From IMG/VR virus record IMGVR_UViG_3300025608_000006: a stretch of 64,000 nt of DNA; one strand, written 5' to 3'. This document shows positions 1-9,272 of the stretch, in pieces. Source of the DNA: a virus. Lineage: Duplodnaviria; Caudoviricetes. Both the position numbers and the translations under genes were made by a program. The notes beneath the pieces are model-generated. The model saw only the letters and a list, made by a program, of their open reading frames with translations. It did no database searches and was not told the DNA's origin. The first letter of the stretch is position 1. Every line of letters starts with the position of its first letter.

Positions 1-1763
1 GCTGGAAAAAATATTTTACTCCTGTGCCAACAGGTGATAACCAAAACGGAAGCTATAGCCCGTTAACGAGCAGAGGCAATGGAAACATGGCAGGTCCTGC
101 TCGATCTAACTATAGTTCATATCTTCCTGATGTATATGTAGGTTCGCCAAATCGTGTTGAACGTTATGGTCAGTACAACACAATGGATCAAGATTCGGAA
201 GTTAATGCTGCGCTTGATATTCTTGCTGAATTTTGCACACAAAAGAACAAGCAAAACAATACTCCGTTCCTTGTAGACTACAGAGGCAAATCACCAACTA
301 ATAGCGAAGTTACTATTATTGGACAGTACTTGCAACAGTGGTGCAAACTACTGCAATTTGAAACAAAGATTTTTAGAATACTACGCAATGTATTCAAAAT
401 GGGCGACCAATTTTTTCTACGTGATCCAGAAACTAAACGTTGGTTTCATGTCGATCCTGCAAACGTAACACGTATCATTGTAAATGAATCTGAAGGCAAA
501 GTTCCTGAGCAGTATGTAATTAAAAATATAAACTTTAATTTTAAAGACGGCATTGCAACAACACCGTATGTAAACAACGGCAACATGAGCCCTGCAGGAG
601 GCGGACAATATAATAGTTCAAGTACTGTAGGCGGCGGCGGCGCAAAGGGAATGGTCGGCCCGCAATCAAGTATGAGTGGAAGTCGCTTTACAACCGACGA
701 CAGTGAATTTACTGTTGACGCAGAACATGTTGTGCATTTAAGTTTAAGTGAAGGCTTAGACAACAACTATCCATTTGGTAATAGTCTACTAGAAACTATT
801 TTTAAAGTATACAAACAAAAAGAATTACTCGAAGATGCTATTATTATCTATCGTGTACAACGTGCGCCTGAGCGCAGAGTATTCTACGTTGATGTGGGCA
901 ACATGCCTTCACACCTTGCAATGCAATTTGTTGAGCGTGTTAAAACTGAAATACATCAAAGACGTATCCCATCGGCGACAGGTGGAGGTCAAAATGTCAT
1001 AGACAGTTCTTACAATCCCCTGTCAATCAACGAAGACTACTTCTTCCCGCAAACAGCAGAAGGTCGCGGCAGTAAAGTTGAAACACTTCCGGGCGGTACT
1101 AACCTTGGAGAGATTGATGACTTACGATACTTTACTAATAAGCTGGTACGCGGATTACGTATCCCAAGTTCGTACTTACCAACTGGAGCAGATGATTCAG
1201 CTTCACAATACAATGATGGCAGAGTGGGAACAGCTTATATCCAAGAGCTACGCTTCAATACCTATTGTGAACGTTTGCAAAACTTAATTGTTGAAGAATT
1301 TGATACAGAGTTTAAACGTTACTTGTTAGATAAAGGTGTAAACATTGATACTGCAATGTTTGATCTCAAGTTCCAACCACCACAAAACTTTGCAAGCTAT
1401 AGACAAGCTGAAATTGATAACGCTCGTGTACCAACATATACACAAATGAGTGCTATACCTTATATTTCAAATCGTTTTGCAATGCAACGTTTCTTAGGAT
1501 TGAGTGAAGAAGAACTTGCAGAGAATGAACGTCTATGGCGTGAAGAGAATGAAGAAAACTTAGATCCAATTCCAGGAGACGCAAACGCAGAAATGCGAGA
1601 CGCAGGTATTAGCAGTGCAGGAATTGCTGACGATTTAGGTGGAATCGAAGACGAAGCACCAGATGCAGCCGGCGGAGAAGATGCAGGCGATGGCACAGCA
1701 CCAGACACAGTTACAGGTCAAGAGCTAGGCGCTCCGGCACCAGGAACTGAGCAAACGATATAA
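1..1763 (+). CDS. gp20: Portal (head-tail connector) protein, T4 gp20-like; 5' end lies just outside the window
   Basis: Motifs YRVQRAPERRVFYVDVG, NEDYFFPQTAEGRGSKVETLPGGTNLGEIDDLRYF and LRIPSSYL are typical of gp20. The frame is open from base 3 (WKKYFTPVPT...), so the GTG at 24 is probably internal. Acidic C-terminal tail. Confidence 0.95.
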   Translation, partial: WKKYFTPVPTGDNQNGSYSPLTSRGNGNMAGPARSNYSSYLPDVYVGSPNRVERYGQYNTMDQDSEVNAALDILAEFCTQKNKQNNTPFLVDYRGKSPTNSEVTIIGQYLQQWCKLLQFETKIFRILRNVFKMGDQFFLRDPETKRWFHVDPANVTRIIVNESEGKVPEQYVIKNINFNFKDGIATTPYVNNGNMSPAGGGQYNSSSTVGGGGAKGMVGPQSSMSGSRFTTDDSEFTVDAEHVVHLSLSEGLDNNYPFGNSLLETIFKVYKQKELLEDAIIIYRVQRAPERRVFYVDVGNMPSHLAMQFVERVKTEIHQRRIPSATGGGQNVIDSSYNPLSINEDYFFPQTAEGRGSKVETLPGGTNLGEIDDLRYFTNKLVRGLRIPSSYLPTGADDSASQYNDGRVGTAYIQELRFNTYCERLQNLIVEEFDTEFKRYLLDKGVNIDTAMFDLKFQPPQNFASYRQAEIDNARVPTYTQMSAIPYISNRFAMQRFLGLSEEELAENERLWREENEENLDPIPGDANAEMRDAGISSAGIADDLGGIEDEAPDAAGGEDAGDGTAPDTVTGQELGAPAPGTEQTI

Positions 1764-1766
1764 ATA
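1759..1766 (+). promoter_or_regulatory. T4-type late promoter TATAAATA overlapping the portal stop codon
   Basis: Exact T4 gp55 late consensus; ATG at 1771 follows 4 nt later. Confidence 0.75.
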
Positions 1767-1770
1767 CAAT

Positions 1771-2019
1771 ATGATACTTAGAGAATTATTTTATCACGAT
1801 CCAGAAACTGTTGACTCTGTAGAAGATAAACGCTACGAGGCAGACTATGATGACTCGCCTATGAAAAAAGACGATACTCGTAAAACACGACTTACTCTAA
1901 GTCAAATCAATCGAATCCGCAAAGCATCTGAGCTACATACAGAAGAAAAGCGTAAAGAACAAGAGTTCGTAAAGCAAATGTATGGTATAGCAGCAAACGC
2001 AGAAACAGGCGGAGTTTAA
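1771..2019 (+). CDS. Small hypothetical protein of the head module (82 aa)
   Basis: Fills the gap after the portal gene, directly behind the late promoter; charged, helical-looking sequence. Confidence 0.75.
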   Translation: MILRELFYHDPETVDSVEDKRYEADYDDSPMKKDDTRKTRLTLSQINRIRKASELHTEEKRKEQEFVKQMYGIAANAETGGV

Positions 2020-2022
2020 TTA

Positions 2023-2610
2023 TTGAAAAAAACAGTATTTGTGCTGGGCAACGGCACTAGTCGAAAATCTGTCGACTTAAATCAACTTAAAGACAAAGGA
2101 ACTATATACGGTTGTAATGCACTGTATAGAGAATTTGAACCTGATCATCTAGTTGCAGTTGACACTAAAATGATTTTAGAGATTAATAAAGCTGGGTATC
2201 AGCACAATCATAGTGTATGGACTAATCCTAATCGGGCATACCATAATATGAATGGATTTAATATTTTTAATCCATCTAAAGGATGGAGCAGTGGGCCTAC
2301 TGCTCTATGGCTTGCTAGTACACATGATACTACAGATATCTATATATTAGGATTTGACTATCAAGGAATAGATGATAAAATAAACAATGTATATTCAGAT
2401 ACTCCTAATTATAAAAAAAGTAGCGATCGTGCAACATTTCACGGCAATTGGTTGAAGCAAACTATGACTACTTGTCAAAAATTTTCTCAAAAGAGATATA
2501 TAAGAGTAGTACAGGAAGATACTCCTTTTATACCAAAAGAGTTTTCTAAACTAGAAAACTTAACACATATTACAGTCGAAGAATTTAAAAAAATCTTCGA
2601 TATTTTGTAA
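2023..2610 (+). CDS. Maf/DUF115 (MptE-like, GT29-like fold) putative glycosyltransferase
   Basis: Motifs VLGNGTSR, IYGCNALYR, SSGPTALWLA and IYILGFD match the Maf_flag10/DUF115-type Rossmann pattern; TTG start after GGAG. Confidence 0.6.
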   Translation: MKKTVFVLGNGTSRKSVDLNQLKDKGTIYGCNALYREFEPDHLVAVDTKMILEINKAGYQHNHSVWTNPNRAYHNMNGFNIFNPSKGWSSGPTALWLASTHDTTDIYILGFDYQGIDDKINNVYSDTPNYKKSSDRATFHGNWLKQTMTTCQKFSQKRYIRVVQEDTPFIPKEFSKLENLTHITVEEFKKIFDIL

Positions 2611-2736
2611 TTTTTATAAAACGGCCCGTTTTGGGCCTATTTCTACGTACTTTTCTATTAATAAAGTAAATATATTATGACAGCCCCGTACAGGAGTTAT
2701 CTTCTGTGCACCAAAAAACATTTATAGGAGTTTAAA

Positions 2737-3738
2737 ATGGCAGATCTAAATAAATTTGAACAGATGCTAGAGCTACTTGTTAACGAAAACAAGGAAGCAG
2801 CACAAGAATTATTCCACGAGATTGTGGTTGAAAAATCACGTGATATCTATGAGTCGCTACTAGAAGACGAAGCAGATGTTGACGAAGCAACAGACGAAGA
2901 AGTTGATGAAGCAGCAGACGAAGAAGTAGATGAATCAGACGAAGACCTAGACGAAGACGATTCAGAAGAAGTTGAAGAAAACTTTGACATGGATTCATTT
3001 GAAGTTGAAGCTGATGACGACATGGGCCCAATGGATGACACAGGCGATTTAGCTAACGACTTAGGCATGGACATGGACGGTGAAGAAGGCGACGAAGACG
3101 AAGGCGAAGAAGGCGATGTTGAAGATCGTGTAGAAGACCTTGAAGATGCGCTAGACGACCTAAAAGCAGAATTTGAAAAAATGATGGCTGGTGATGACGA
3201 AGGCGACGACATGGATGACATGGACGACGACGAAGGTGAAGAAGAGCCAGAAGAAGCATTTGCATTTGAAGCAACAGACGAAGAAGTTGAAGAATCAGCT
3301 GACGAAGAAGTTGAAGAAGGCGCACATAAAAGAGAAGTAACAGCTGACATGGAAAAAATGTCAAAAGCAGAATTTGCTAAAAAGCATGGCAAAGAAATGG
3401 CTGACGACATGTATGAAGCTGAAAAAAGCGCAGGCGAAACAATGCGTGAGTATGTAGAAAAAGTATCAGCAACAATGGGTGACAATGGCGCTAATACTAA
3501 AAGTGCAGTAGCAGGTCCAAACGATATGGGCGGAACGGCTGCAAACTTAGCACAAGGTGCAGACGAAAAAGGTGGATCAGCAGATTCAGCTAAAGAAGAC
3601 AATGCAGGTAACGTAAACGTACCAGGCGCAAAAGCTTCTAAGTCAATGACACCAAATGCTAAAGGCCACGGCGCTGAGAAAAAACAGAGCGGCGGCGAAA
3701 CTGGCACAAATGGTACAAAAAGTATTATTGGCCAATAA
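2737..3738 (+). CDS. Highly acidic prohead core/internal scaffold-like protein (333 aa)
   Basis: Long D/E tracts; lies immediately upstream of the prohead protease, where T4 has core genes 67/68; SD AGGAG. Confidence 0.65.
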   Translation: MADLNKFEQMLELLVNENKEAAQELFHEIVVEKSRDIYESLLEDEADVDEATDEEVDEAADEEVDESDEDLDEDDSEEVEENFDMDSFEVEADDDMGPMDDTGDLANDLGMDMDGEEGDEDEGEEGDVEDRVEDLEDALDDLKAEFEKMMAGDDEGDDMDDMDDDEGEEEPEEAFAFEATDEEVEESADEEVEEGAHKREVTADMEKMSKAEFAKKHGKEMADDMYEAEKSAGETMREYVEKVSATMGDNGANTKSAVAGPNDMGGTAANLAQGADEKGGSADSAKEDNAGNVNVPGAKASKSMTPNAKGHGAEKKQSGGETGTNGTKSIIGQ

Positions 3739-3755
3739 GTAGTAAGGAAATCTAG

Positions 3756-4379
3756 ATGAGAAACTTACAAGAGCATTTGACATTTGACCAAGCTAATATA
3801 GTGCTTGAGAATGCCAACGAAGGAAAAGACCTTTATCTAAAAGGTATTATGATCCAAGGCGGTGTTCGCAATGCTAATCAGCGAGTGTATCCTGTAAATG
3901 AAATAGGCAGGGCTGTCAAAACTCTCAATGATCAGATTACGAACGGGTTTAGTGTTCTCGGCGAAGTTGATCATCCAGAAGGACTTAATATTAATATTGA
4001 CCGTGTAAGCCATATGATAACTGAATGTTGGATGGATGGTGACAACGGTTACGGAAAGTTGAAAATTTTACCAACACCGATGGGGAACCTAGTTAAAACG
4101 ATGCTTGAAGCAGGCGTTAAACTAGGTGTCTCGTCACGTGGTAGTGGTAATGTAGCAGATGACGGCAGTAATACCGTTTCTGACTTTGAAATAATCACTG
4201 TGGACGTTGTGGCTCAGCCTAGCGCCCCTGGTGCATATCCTACACCAATTTATGAACATTTGATGAATGCACGTGGGGGAATGAAGGCATACGAATTAGC
4301 ACAGGCAACAAAACACGACGACAAGGCACAAAAGTATCTTAAGGAATCACTAATCAGTATGATTAGTAAACTCCAATGA
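3756..4379 (+). CDS. gp21: Prohead core protease, T4 gp21-like
   Basis: Motifs NANQRVYP, LGEVDHP, RVSHMI, GKLKILPTPMG and GVSSRGSG (catalytic His/Ser context). Confidence 0.95.
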   Translation: MRNLQEHLTFDQANIVLENANEGKDLYLKGIMIQGGVRNANQRVYPVNEIGRAVKTLNDQITNGFSVLGEVDHPEGLNINIDRVSHMITECWMDGDNGYGKLKILPTPMGNLVKTMLEAGVKLGVSSRGSGNVADDGSNTVSDFEIITVDVVAQPSAPGAYPTPIYEHLMNARGGMKAYELAQATKHDDKAQKYLKESLISMISKLQ

Positions 4380-4393
4380 AACAGGAGAATGTA

Positions 4394-5485
4394 ATGATAG
4401 ATGCACTAAAAACTCTATTTGAAAACGACGTTGTTTCAACTGAGATTAGAGAACAAATTGAAGAAGCTTGGGAAGCAAAAGTTCAAGAAAACAAAATGCA
4501 GGCAACTGCTGAGTTACGCGAAGAATTTGCTGAAAAGTATGAGCACGATAAGTCAACTATGGTTGAAGCTATTGACTCACTACTATCTGAGCGTCTTGCT
4601 GAAGAGATCGCAGAGTTTGCAGAAGACCGCAAGCAACTAGCAGAAGCAAAAGCAAAATATGCTGTTGCCCAACGTGAAAATGCAGATCTACTAAAGGGTT
4701 TCGTTGCTGAAAACTTAGCAGCTGAAATTAAAGAATTGAGAGCAGACAAGAAAGCAATGGCTGAATCATATGCCAAGCTAGAAGAGTTTGTTGTTGAGTC
4801 TCTAGCAGGTGAAATTGCAGAATTCAATGAAGACAAAAAAGATTTAGCAGAAACTAAAGTAAAATTAGTTCGTGAAGCTAAAACACACTTCGCAAAAGTC
4901 AAAGCTGACTTTATCGAAAGAAGTGCTACAGCAGTATCTGAAATGGTTGGTAAATCACTTAAAGGTGAAATTACTGCACTTAAAGAAGATATTGACACAG
5001 CACGTAGAAACGACTTTGGTCGTAAAATATTTGAAGCATTTGCAAACGAGTATACAACTTCACACTTGAATGAAAATTCAGAAGTTTCAAAACTCATGGG
5101 CGTACTAGCTGCTAAAGACAAGCAACTAGCAGAAGCTAAGGCATTTGCTACAAAAGCAAAAACTCTTGCAGAATCAGTAAACAAAGAGAAATCACGTTTA
5201 GTTGAATCAGCACGTAGAGAAAAGATTATGAACTCGTTGATTTCGCCACTAGGCAAAGACCAGCGTGAGATTATGACAGACTTACTGGAATCCGTACAGA
5301 CAGATAGACTACAAAAGTCTTTCGACAAGTACTTACCATCGGTTATCGACGGAAATACTCCAGCAAAGCGCAAGGCACCACTAACTGAAGGCAAAGAAGT
5401 AACAGGCAACCGTACGGAACCAATGACAACTAAAGCAGACGAATCAAATGTATTAGATATACGTCGTCTTGCTGGATTAAATTAA
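4394..5485 (+). CDS. gp22: Prohead core scaffold protein, T4 gp22-like
   Basis: Coiled-coil, E/K/A-rich; lies between protease and capsid. SD AGGAG at 4383-4387 favours the ATG at 4394 over 4376. Confidence 0.85.
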   Translation: MIDALKTLFENDVVSTEIREQIEEAWEAKVQENKMQATAELREEFAEKYEHDKSTMVEAIDSLLSERLAEEIAEFAEDRKQLAEAKAKYAVAQRENADLLKGFVAENLAAEIKELRADKKAMAESYAKLEEFVVESLAGEIAEFNEDKKDLAETKVKLVREAKTHFAKVKADFIERSATAVSEMVGKSLKGEITALKEDIDTARRNDFGRKIFEAFANEYTTSHLNENSEVSKLMGVLAAKDKQLAEAKAFATKAKTLAESVNKEKSRLVESARREKIMNSLISPLGKDQREIMTDLLESVQTDRLQKSFDKYLPSVIDGNTPAKRKAPLTEGKEVTGNRTEPMTTKADESNVLDIRRLAGLN

Positions 5486-5492
5486 GGAGATA

Positions 5493-6674
5493 ATGATGTC
5501 AGAACTACTAGAATCACGCTGGGTAGACACCAAAACTGCTCTTCTTGAAGGCCTGCAAGGCAACAAGAAGTCTGTAATGGCAGCTACACTAGAAAACACA
5601 CGCAAGTACTTGTCAGAGAGTGCTACAGCAGGCGCAACATCTGCTGGTAACGTAGCAACACTTAACCGTGTTATCCTACCAGTTATCAGACGTGTAATGC
5701 CAACAGTTATTGCTAACGAACTAGTCGGCGTACAGCCAATGACTGGCCCAGTTGGTCAAATTCACACACTACGTGTACGTTACTCGGATACAGTTGCAGC
5801 TAACGGTGACGTTACTGGAACAACAGCAGGCGAAGAAGCTCTAAGCCCATTCAAAATTGCTGAGCAGTATTCAGGTGCAAACACTGGTAAAGCAGACAGT
5901 ACAGCAACACTTGAAGGTGCAGCTGGACGTAAAATGTCAATCCAGATCTTAAAGCAGACAGTTGAAGCTAAGACACGTAAGTTGTCAGCTCGCTGGACGT
6001 TTGAAGCTGCACAAGACGCACAGTCTATGCACGGTATTGACGTTGAAGCAGAAATCATGGCAGCTCTTGCACAAGAGATTACTGCTGAGATTGACCAAGA
6101 AGTTCTTGGTTCGCTTCAAACACTAAGTGGTGCAGCAGCACAAACTTATGACCAAGCAGCAGTATCAGGTACAGCTACTTTTGTCGGTGACGAGCATGCA
6201 GCACTTGCAGTTCAAATCAACCGCGTAAGTAACTTGATCGCACAGCGTACACGTCGTGGCGCAGGTAACTGGGCAGTTGTATCGCCATTCGCGCTTACAA
6301 TTCTACAGTCTGCAACTACTTCAGCGTTCGCTCGTACAACAGAAGGTACATTCGAAGCACCAACTAACACTAAAATGGTTGGTACATTGAACAACGCAAT
6401 GAAAGTATATGTAAACACATATGCTGCTGATAGTGCACCAGTACTAATCGGCTACAAAGGTTCAAGTGAATCAGATGCAGCGGCATTCTACTGCCCATAC
6501 ATCCCACTAATGAGCTCAGGCGTTGTACTAGATCCAGGTACATTTGAACCAACAGTATCGTTCATGACACGTTATGGATATGTTGAGTTGAATAACACTG
6601 CATCGTCACTAGGCAATGCAGCTGATTACCTAGGCAATGTTGCTATTACTAATGGCAATGTAAGCTTCAGCTAA
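5493..6674 (+). CDS. gp23: Major capsid protein, T4 gp23-like
   Basis: Motifs VRRVMPTVIANELVGVQPMTGPVGQIHTLR, KTRKLSARWTFEAAQD and AFYCPYIPL...MTRYG. Confidence 0.97.
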   Translation: MMSELLESRWVDTKTALLEGLQGNKKSVMAATLENTRKYLSESATAGATSAGNVATLNRVILPVIRRVMPTVIANELVGVQPMTGPVGQIHTLRVRYSDTVAANGDVTGTTAGEEALSPFKIAEQYSGANTGKADSTATLEGAAGRKMSIQILKQTVEAKTRKLSARWTFEAAQDAQSMHGIDVEAEIMAALAQEITAEIDQEVLGSLQTLSGAAAQTYDQAAVSGTATFVGDEHAALAVQINRVSNLIAQRTRRGAGNWAVVSPFALTILQSATTSAFARTTEGTFEAPTNTKMVGTLNNAMKVYVNTYAADSAPVLIGYKGSSESDAAAFYCPYIPLMSSGVVLDPGTFEPTVSFMTRYGYVELNNTASSLGNAADYLGNVAITNGNVSFS

Positions 6675-6696
6675 GTTTTACTTTTTAGTAAAAACT

Positions 6697-6723
6697 AAAA
6701 TAGGCGCTACGGCGCCTATTTTT
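6697..6723 (+). terminator. Intrinsic terminator after the capsid gene
   Basis: AAAATAGGCGC-TACG-GCGCCTATTTTT: stem with C(UACG)G tetraloop and a T-tract. Confidence 0.9.
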
Positions 6724-6752
6724 ACGACTACATATCTATATCTATACAATTG

Positions 6753-6846
6753 ATAAATACTTATGTCGTAAATCGTGCCGTGTAACGCGGACTTATGCAG
6801 AACTGACCCACTGCGTAAACCTAGAACGTTTTAAAGGAGAAAACAA
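6753..6846 (+). promoter_or_regulatory. Late promoter ATAAATA (6753-6759) plus a two-hairpin 5' leader
   Basis: Hairpins CCGTG/CGCGG (6778-6790) and TTATGCAG/CTGCGTAA (6793-6818) lie before the SD AAGGAG. Confidence 0.55.
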
Positions 6847-7278
6847 ATGGGAAGACCAATTAATAAAAGATTCTTCGGACCACCTACAGCAGGCGGTGAC
6901 GAAATTAAAGTACAGTTTCACAACGGCGCCGGTTCAGTAAACGGCTGGATTGTAAAGCAGCTTGGAAGTAAAAAATTCCGTTGCACAGATGGTACAGCAA
7001 CAGAAGATTGTGTATTAGTAGACAAAGCTTCAGGTGATGTTGCAGCAGGCGAAATGACAATTACAGTTTTAGATGATGGCGCAACACCGCGTCAAGTAAC
7101 TAAAATTGCAGGACGCAAAGTAACACTTGACACAGGCGCAAGCATTGCTTGGAACTTCTCAGACAGCACAACAGACGGTGCAGTTGAAATAGAAGAAGCT
7201 GGTGATGATGCAACTATTGACAACGTTGACGGCGCACCAGACGCAGATGACTTTGAGTCAGACGATCCAGTTGATTAA
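6847..7278 (+). CDS. Hypothetical virion protein downstream of the capsid gene (143 aa)
   Basis: Strong SD; own late promoter and terminator; beta-rich with an acidic tail. Confidence 0.75.
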   Translation: MGRPINKRFFGPPTAGGDEIKVQFHNGAGSVNGWIVKQLGSKKFRCTDGTATEDCVLVDKASGDVAAGEMTITVLDDGATPRQVTKIAGRKVTLDTGASIAWNFSDSTTDGAVEIEEAGDDATIDNVDGAPDADDFESDDPVD

Positions 7279-7292
7279 TAAGCAAAGTAAAC

Positions 7293-7322
7293 GTGTAGGG
7301 GAGCAATCCCCTACACATTTTT
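7293..7322 (+). terminator. Intrinsic terminator
   Basis: GTGTAGGGGA-GCAA-TCCCCTACAC followed by ATTTTT; GNRA loop. Confidence 0.85.
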
Positions 7323-7334
7323 AAGGAATAGTAA

Positions 7335-8321
7335 ATGTCAAAGTATCTAAACGTACCAAACGGAAATTATAAAGTAACTGTAAAAACAGGCGGCACTATC
7401 TATTTGGATACAGGTTTTGAAACAGGCACTGTTGAAATTTCGGGTAATTTGCTAGTACGCGGCGACACTACTACCATTAATACTGCTGAACTAACTATTG
7501 AAGACAGAGTAATTGAACTTAATAGAGGAGACGAAAACTCAGCAGGTATTCAAGGTTTCGACTCATTTGCTGGTTTAGAAATAAATCGAGGGACATTGCC
7601 GCATGCATTTTTTGGATACGATGAAGATGTAAGTGGATTTATTGTTTATGACCAAAACAGTAACTTATTGTCTCTAAGAACTAATGAAATTAATACTGGC
7701 GGTCAAAATTTACTATTAGATGCAGGAGCTGGAAGACTACAAGTAAATCCAACAGTTGATTATGAAAGAAAAGTATTCACATATGACGGTTTTGGAGAAC
7801 TAACAGGATATGATGCTGCAAATGCAGATGTTATCCCAAATACGCAATCCGTAGTTGATTATATTGCATTTAACTTTGCAAACGTTTTCTTGCGTCAGAT
7901 TGGTGACGGCGTATTAAGTGTTAGTAGTATTACAATTGACGACGAAGAAAATACCGGCGTTGACAGTGTAATTACTTTTGCAATTGACGGTAACACTGTT
8001 AGCCAACTGTATGCAGATCGTTGGGAATTTGATGAAATTAGAATTGCAGGATCTACTATTGAAACTATTAGTAGTAATGAAGACTTAGTTTTAAAATCAT
8101 CAGGAACTGGCAGTATTAGAATAGACGACACACTGCATTTGAATAGAGTACCGAGTGACGATGATCCTAGTTTATTACCTCCTAATCCTTTAGATGGGAC
8201 TAAGATTTATGTAGCAGACGAGTACACAGGTAAATCGGGAATATTCTTTGCCAACGATCAAGACAACAGAGACGAATTAGTAAGTAAAAATAGAGCATTG
8301 CTGTTTAGCATGCTGTTTTAA
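7335..8321 (+). CDS. Fibre/appendage structural protein (328 aa)
   Basis: Beta-strand-rich fibre-shaft-like N-terminus (ISGNLLVRGDTTTINT...IELNRG, AGLEINRG); first gene of the fibre cluster. Confidence 0.65.
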   Translation: MSKYLNVPNGNYKVTVKTGGTIYLDTGFETGTVEISGNLLVRGDTTTINTAELTIEDRVIELNRGDENSAGIQGFDSFAGLEINRGTLPHAFFGYDEDVSGFIVYDQNSNLLSLRTNEINTGGQNLLLDAGAGRLQVNPTVDYERKVFTYDGFGELTGYDAANADVIPNTQSVVDYIAFNFANVFLRQIGDGVLSVSSITIDDEENTGVDSVITFAIDGNTVSQLYADRWEFDEIRIAGSTIETISSNEDLVLKSSGTGSIRIDDTLHLNRVPSDDDPSLLPPNPLDGTKIYVADEYTGKSGIFFANDQDNRDELVSKNRALLFSMLF

Positions 8322-8330
8322 GGATAAGAA

Positions 8331-8666
8331 ATGGCTATAGTAAACCAACAATTAACAACTACACAATTAGATATAGTAACTGTTCCTGCAAGTAAATCGT
8401 ATGCAATAACAAATATTCTAGTTTGTAATAATGATGCATCGGCATCGGCATCATTTGATATGCATTTAATTCCACAAAGTTCCAGTTTAAGTAATTCAGT
8501 AACACGAGTTATCAATAACTTAACATTGCCTGCGGGTGAAACATTTACTTTTGACAATGAAAAAATTGTACTAGAAGAAGGCGATAAAATTGCATTTGTA
8601 GCAGAACCTGATATAGGAAGCGACTTAACTAATCTAGCTGCTACCGTGAGTTACTTGGAAGTATAA
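8331..8666 (+). CDS. Small fibre-associated beta-sandwich protein (paralogue 1 of 3)
   Basis: Shares the pattern T/P-A...I..(L/I)..N...(L/V)PxxxT/S...EK(I/L)(V/I)L with 15239..15568 and 26246..26563. Confidence 0.65.
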   Translation: MAIVNQQLTTTQLDIVTVPASKSYAITNILVCNNDASASASFDMHLIPQSSSLSNSVTRVINNLTLPAGETFTFDNEKIVLEEGDKIAFVAEPDIGSDLTNLAATVSYLEV

Positions 8667-8667
8667 A

Positions 8668-9246
8668 ATGAGACTAATAAAACGTCAAACAACTAACTTA
8701 AGAAGTATTACAGGCAAAGGAGTACAATACGACATTGACGATCAAGTTATTGTTGACAGTCAACGTGCTATGGTTGTTCCTGTAGGACCGCTTTCTGAAC
8801 GTCCAGGCGAAGTTGGCGTAGCTACTAGTTCTAATGTCGGACAAGTTCGATATAATACAACGGATGAACAATTAGAAGTATATCAAAACGGCGCATGGAG
8901 AGAAGTACGTTTTAAAGAACCTAACCAAGATCCTGGAGTTGTTTGGCAAAACTTAGGCGTAGGCAATATAGCAGCAGATGAAACTGTATTTGGCGAATTA
9001 CAAAGTAACGACCCGGATTATCCTGTGCCTGCAACTGCTAATAATATTATTGTATTAATTGAAAATGTAGTACAAATACCTACCACAAACTACACAATAC
9101 ATCAAACTGCTGAAATTACTTCAGGCGGCGCAGAAGAAGGACCTAATCATCCTTATACTGAAACAGGCACAGGTTGGTGGATTAAATTTACAAGCCCAGT
9201 GCCTACAGGCAAACCAGTTACAGTAATTCATAACCTAGACAAATAA
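8668..9246 (+). CDS. Fibre-associated structural protein (192 aa)
   Basis: The VPVG..RP...GQVRYNTTDEQLEVY motif is shared with the C-termini of the neighbouring fibre proteins. Confidence 0.65.
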   Translation: MRLIKRQTTNLRSITGKGVQYDIDDQVIVDSQRAMVVPVGPLSERPGEVGVATSSNVGQVRYNTTDEQLEVYQNGAWREVRFKEPNQDPGVVWQNLGVGNIAADETVFGELQSNDPDYPVPATANNIIVLIENVVQIPTTNYTIHQTAEITSGGAEEGPNHPYTETGTGWWIKFTSPVPTGKPVTVIHNLDK

Positions 9247-9272
9247 ATACATTGTCAGAGGAGAAGTAGGGC

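Noticed and set aside
24-26. GTG start for the portal protein
   Set aside because: The frame is open to the window edge (xxWKKYFTPV), so the real start is probably just upstream of base 1.
2860-3320. CRISPR-like or satellite repeat (GACGAAGAAG units)
   Set aside because: These are coding low-complexity Asp/Glu codons without a repeat-spacer structure.
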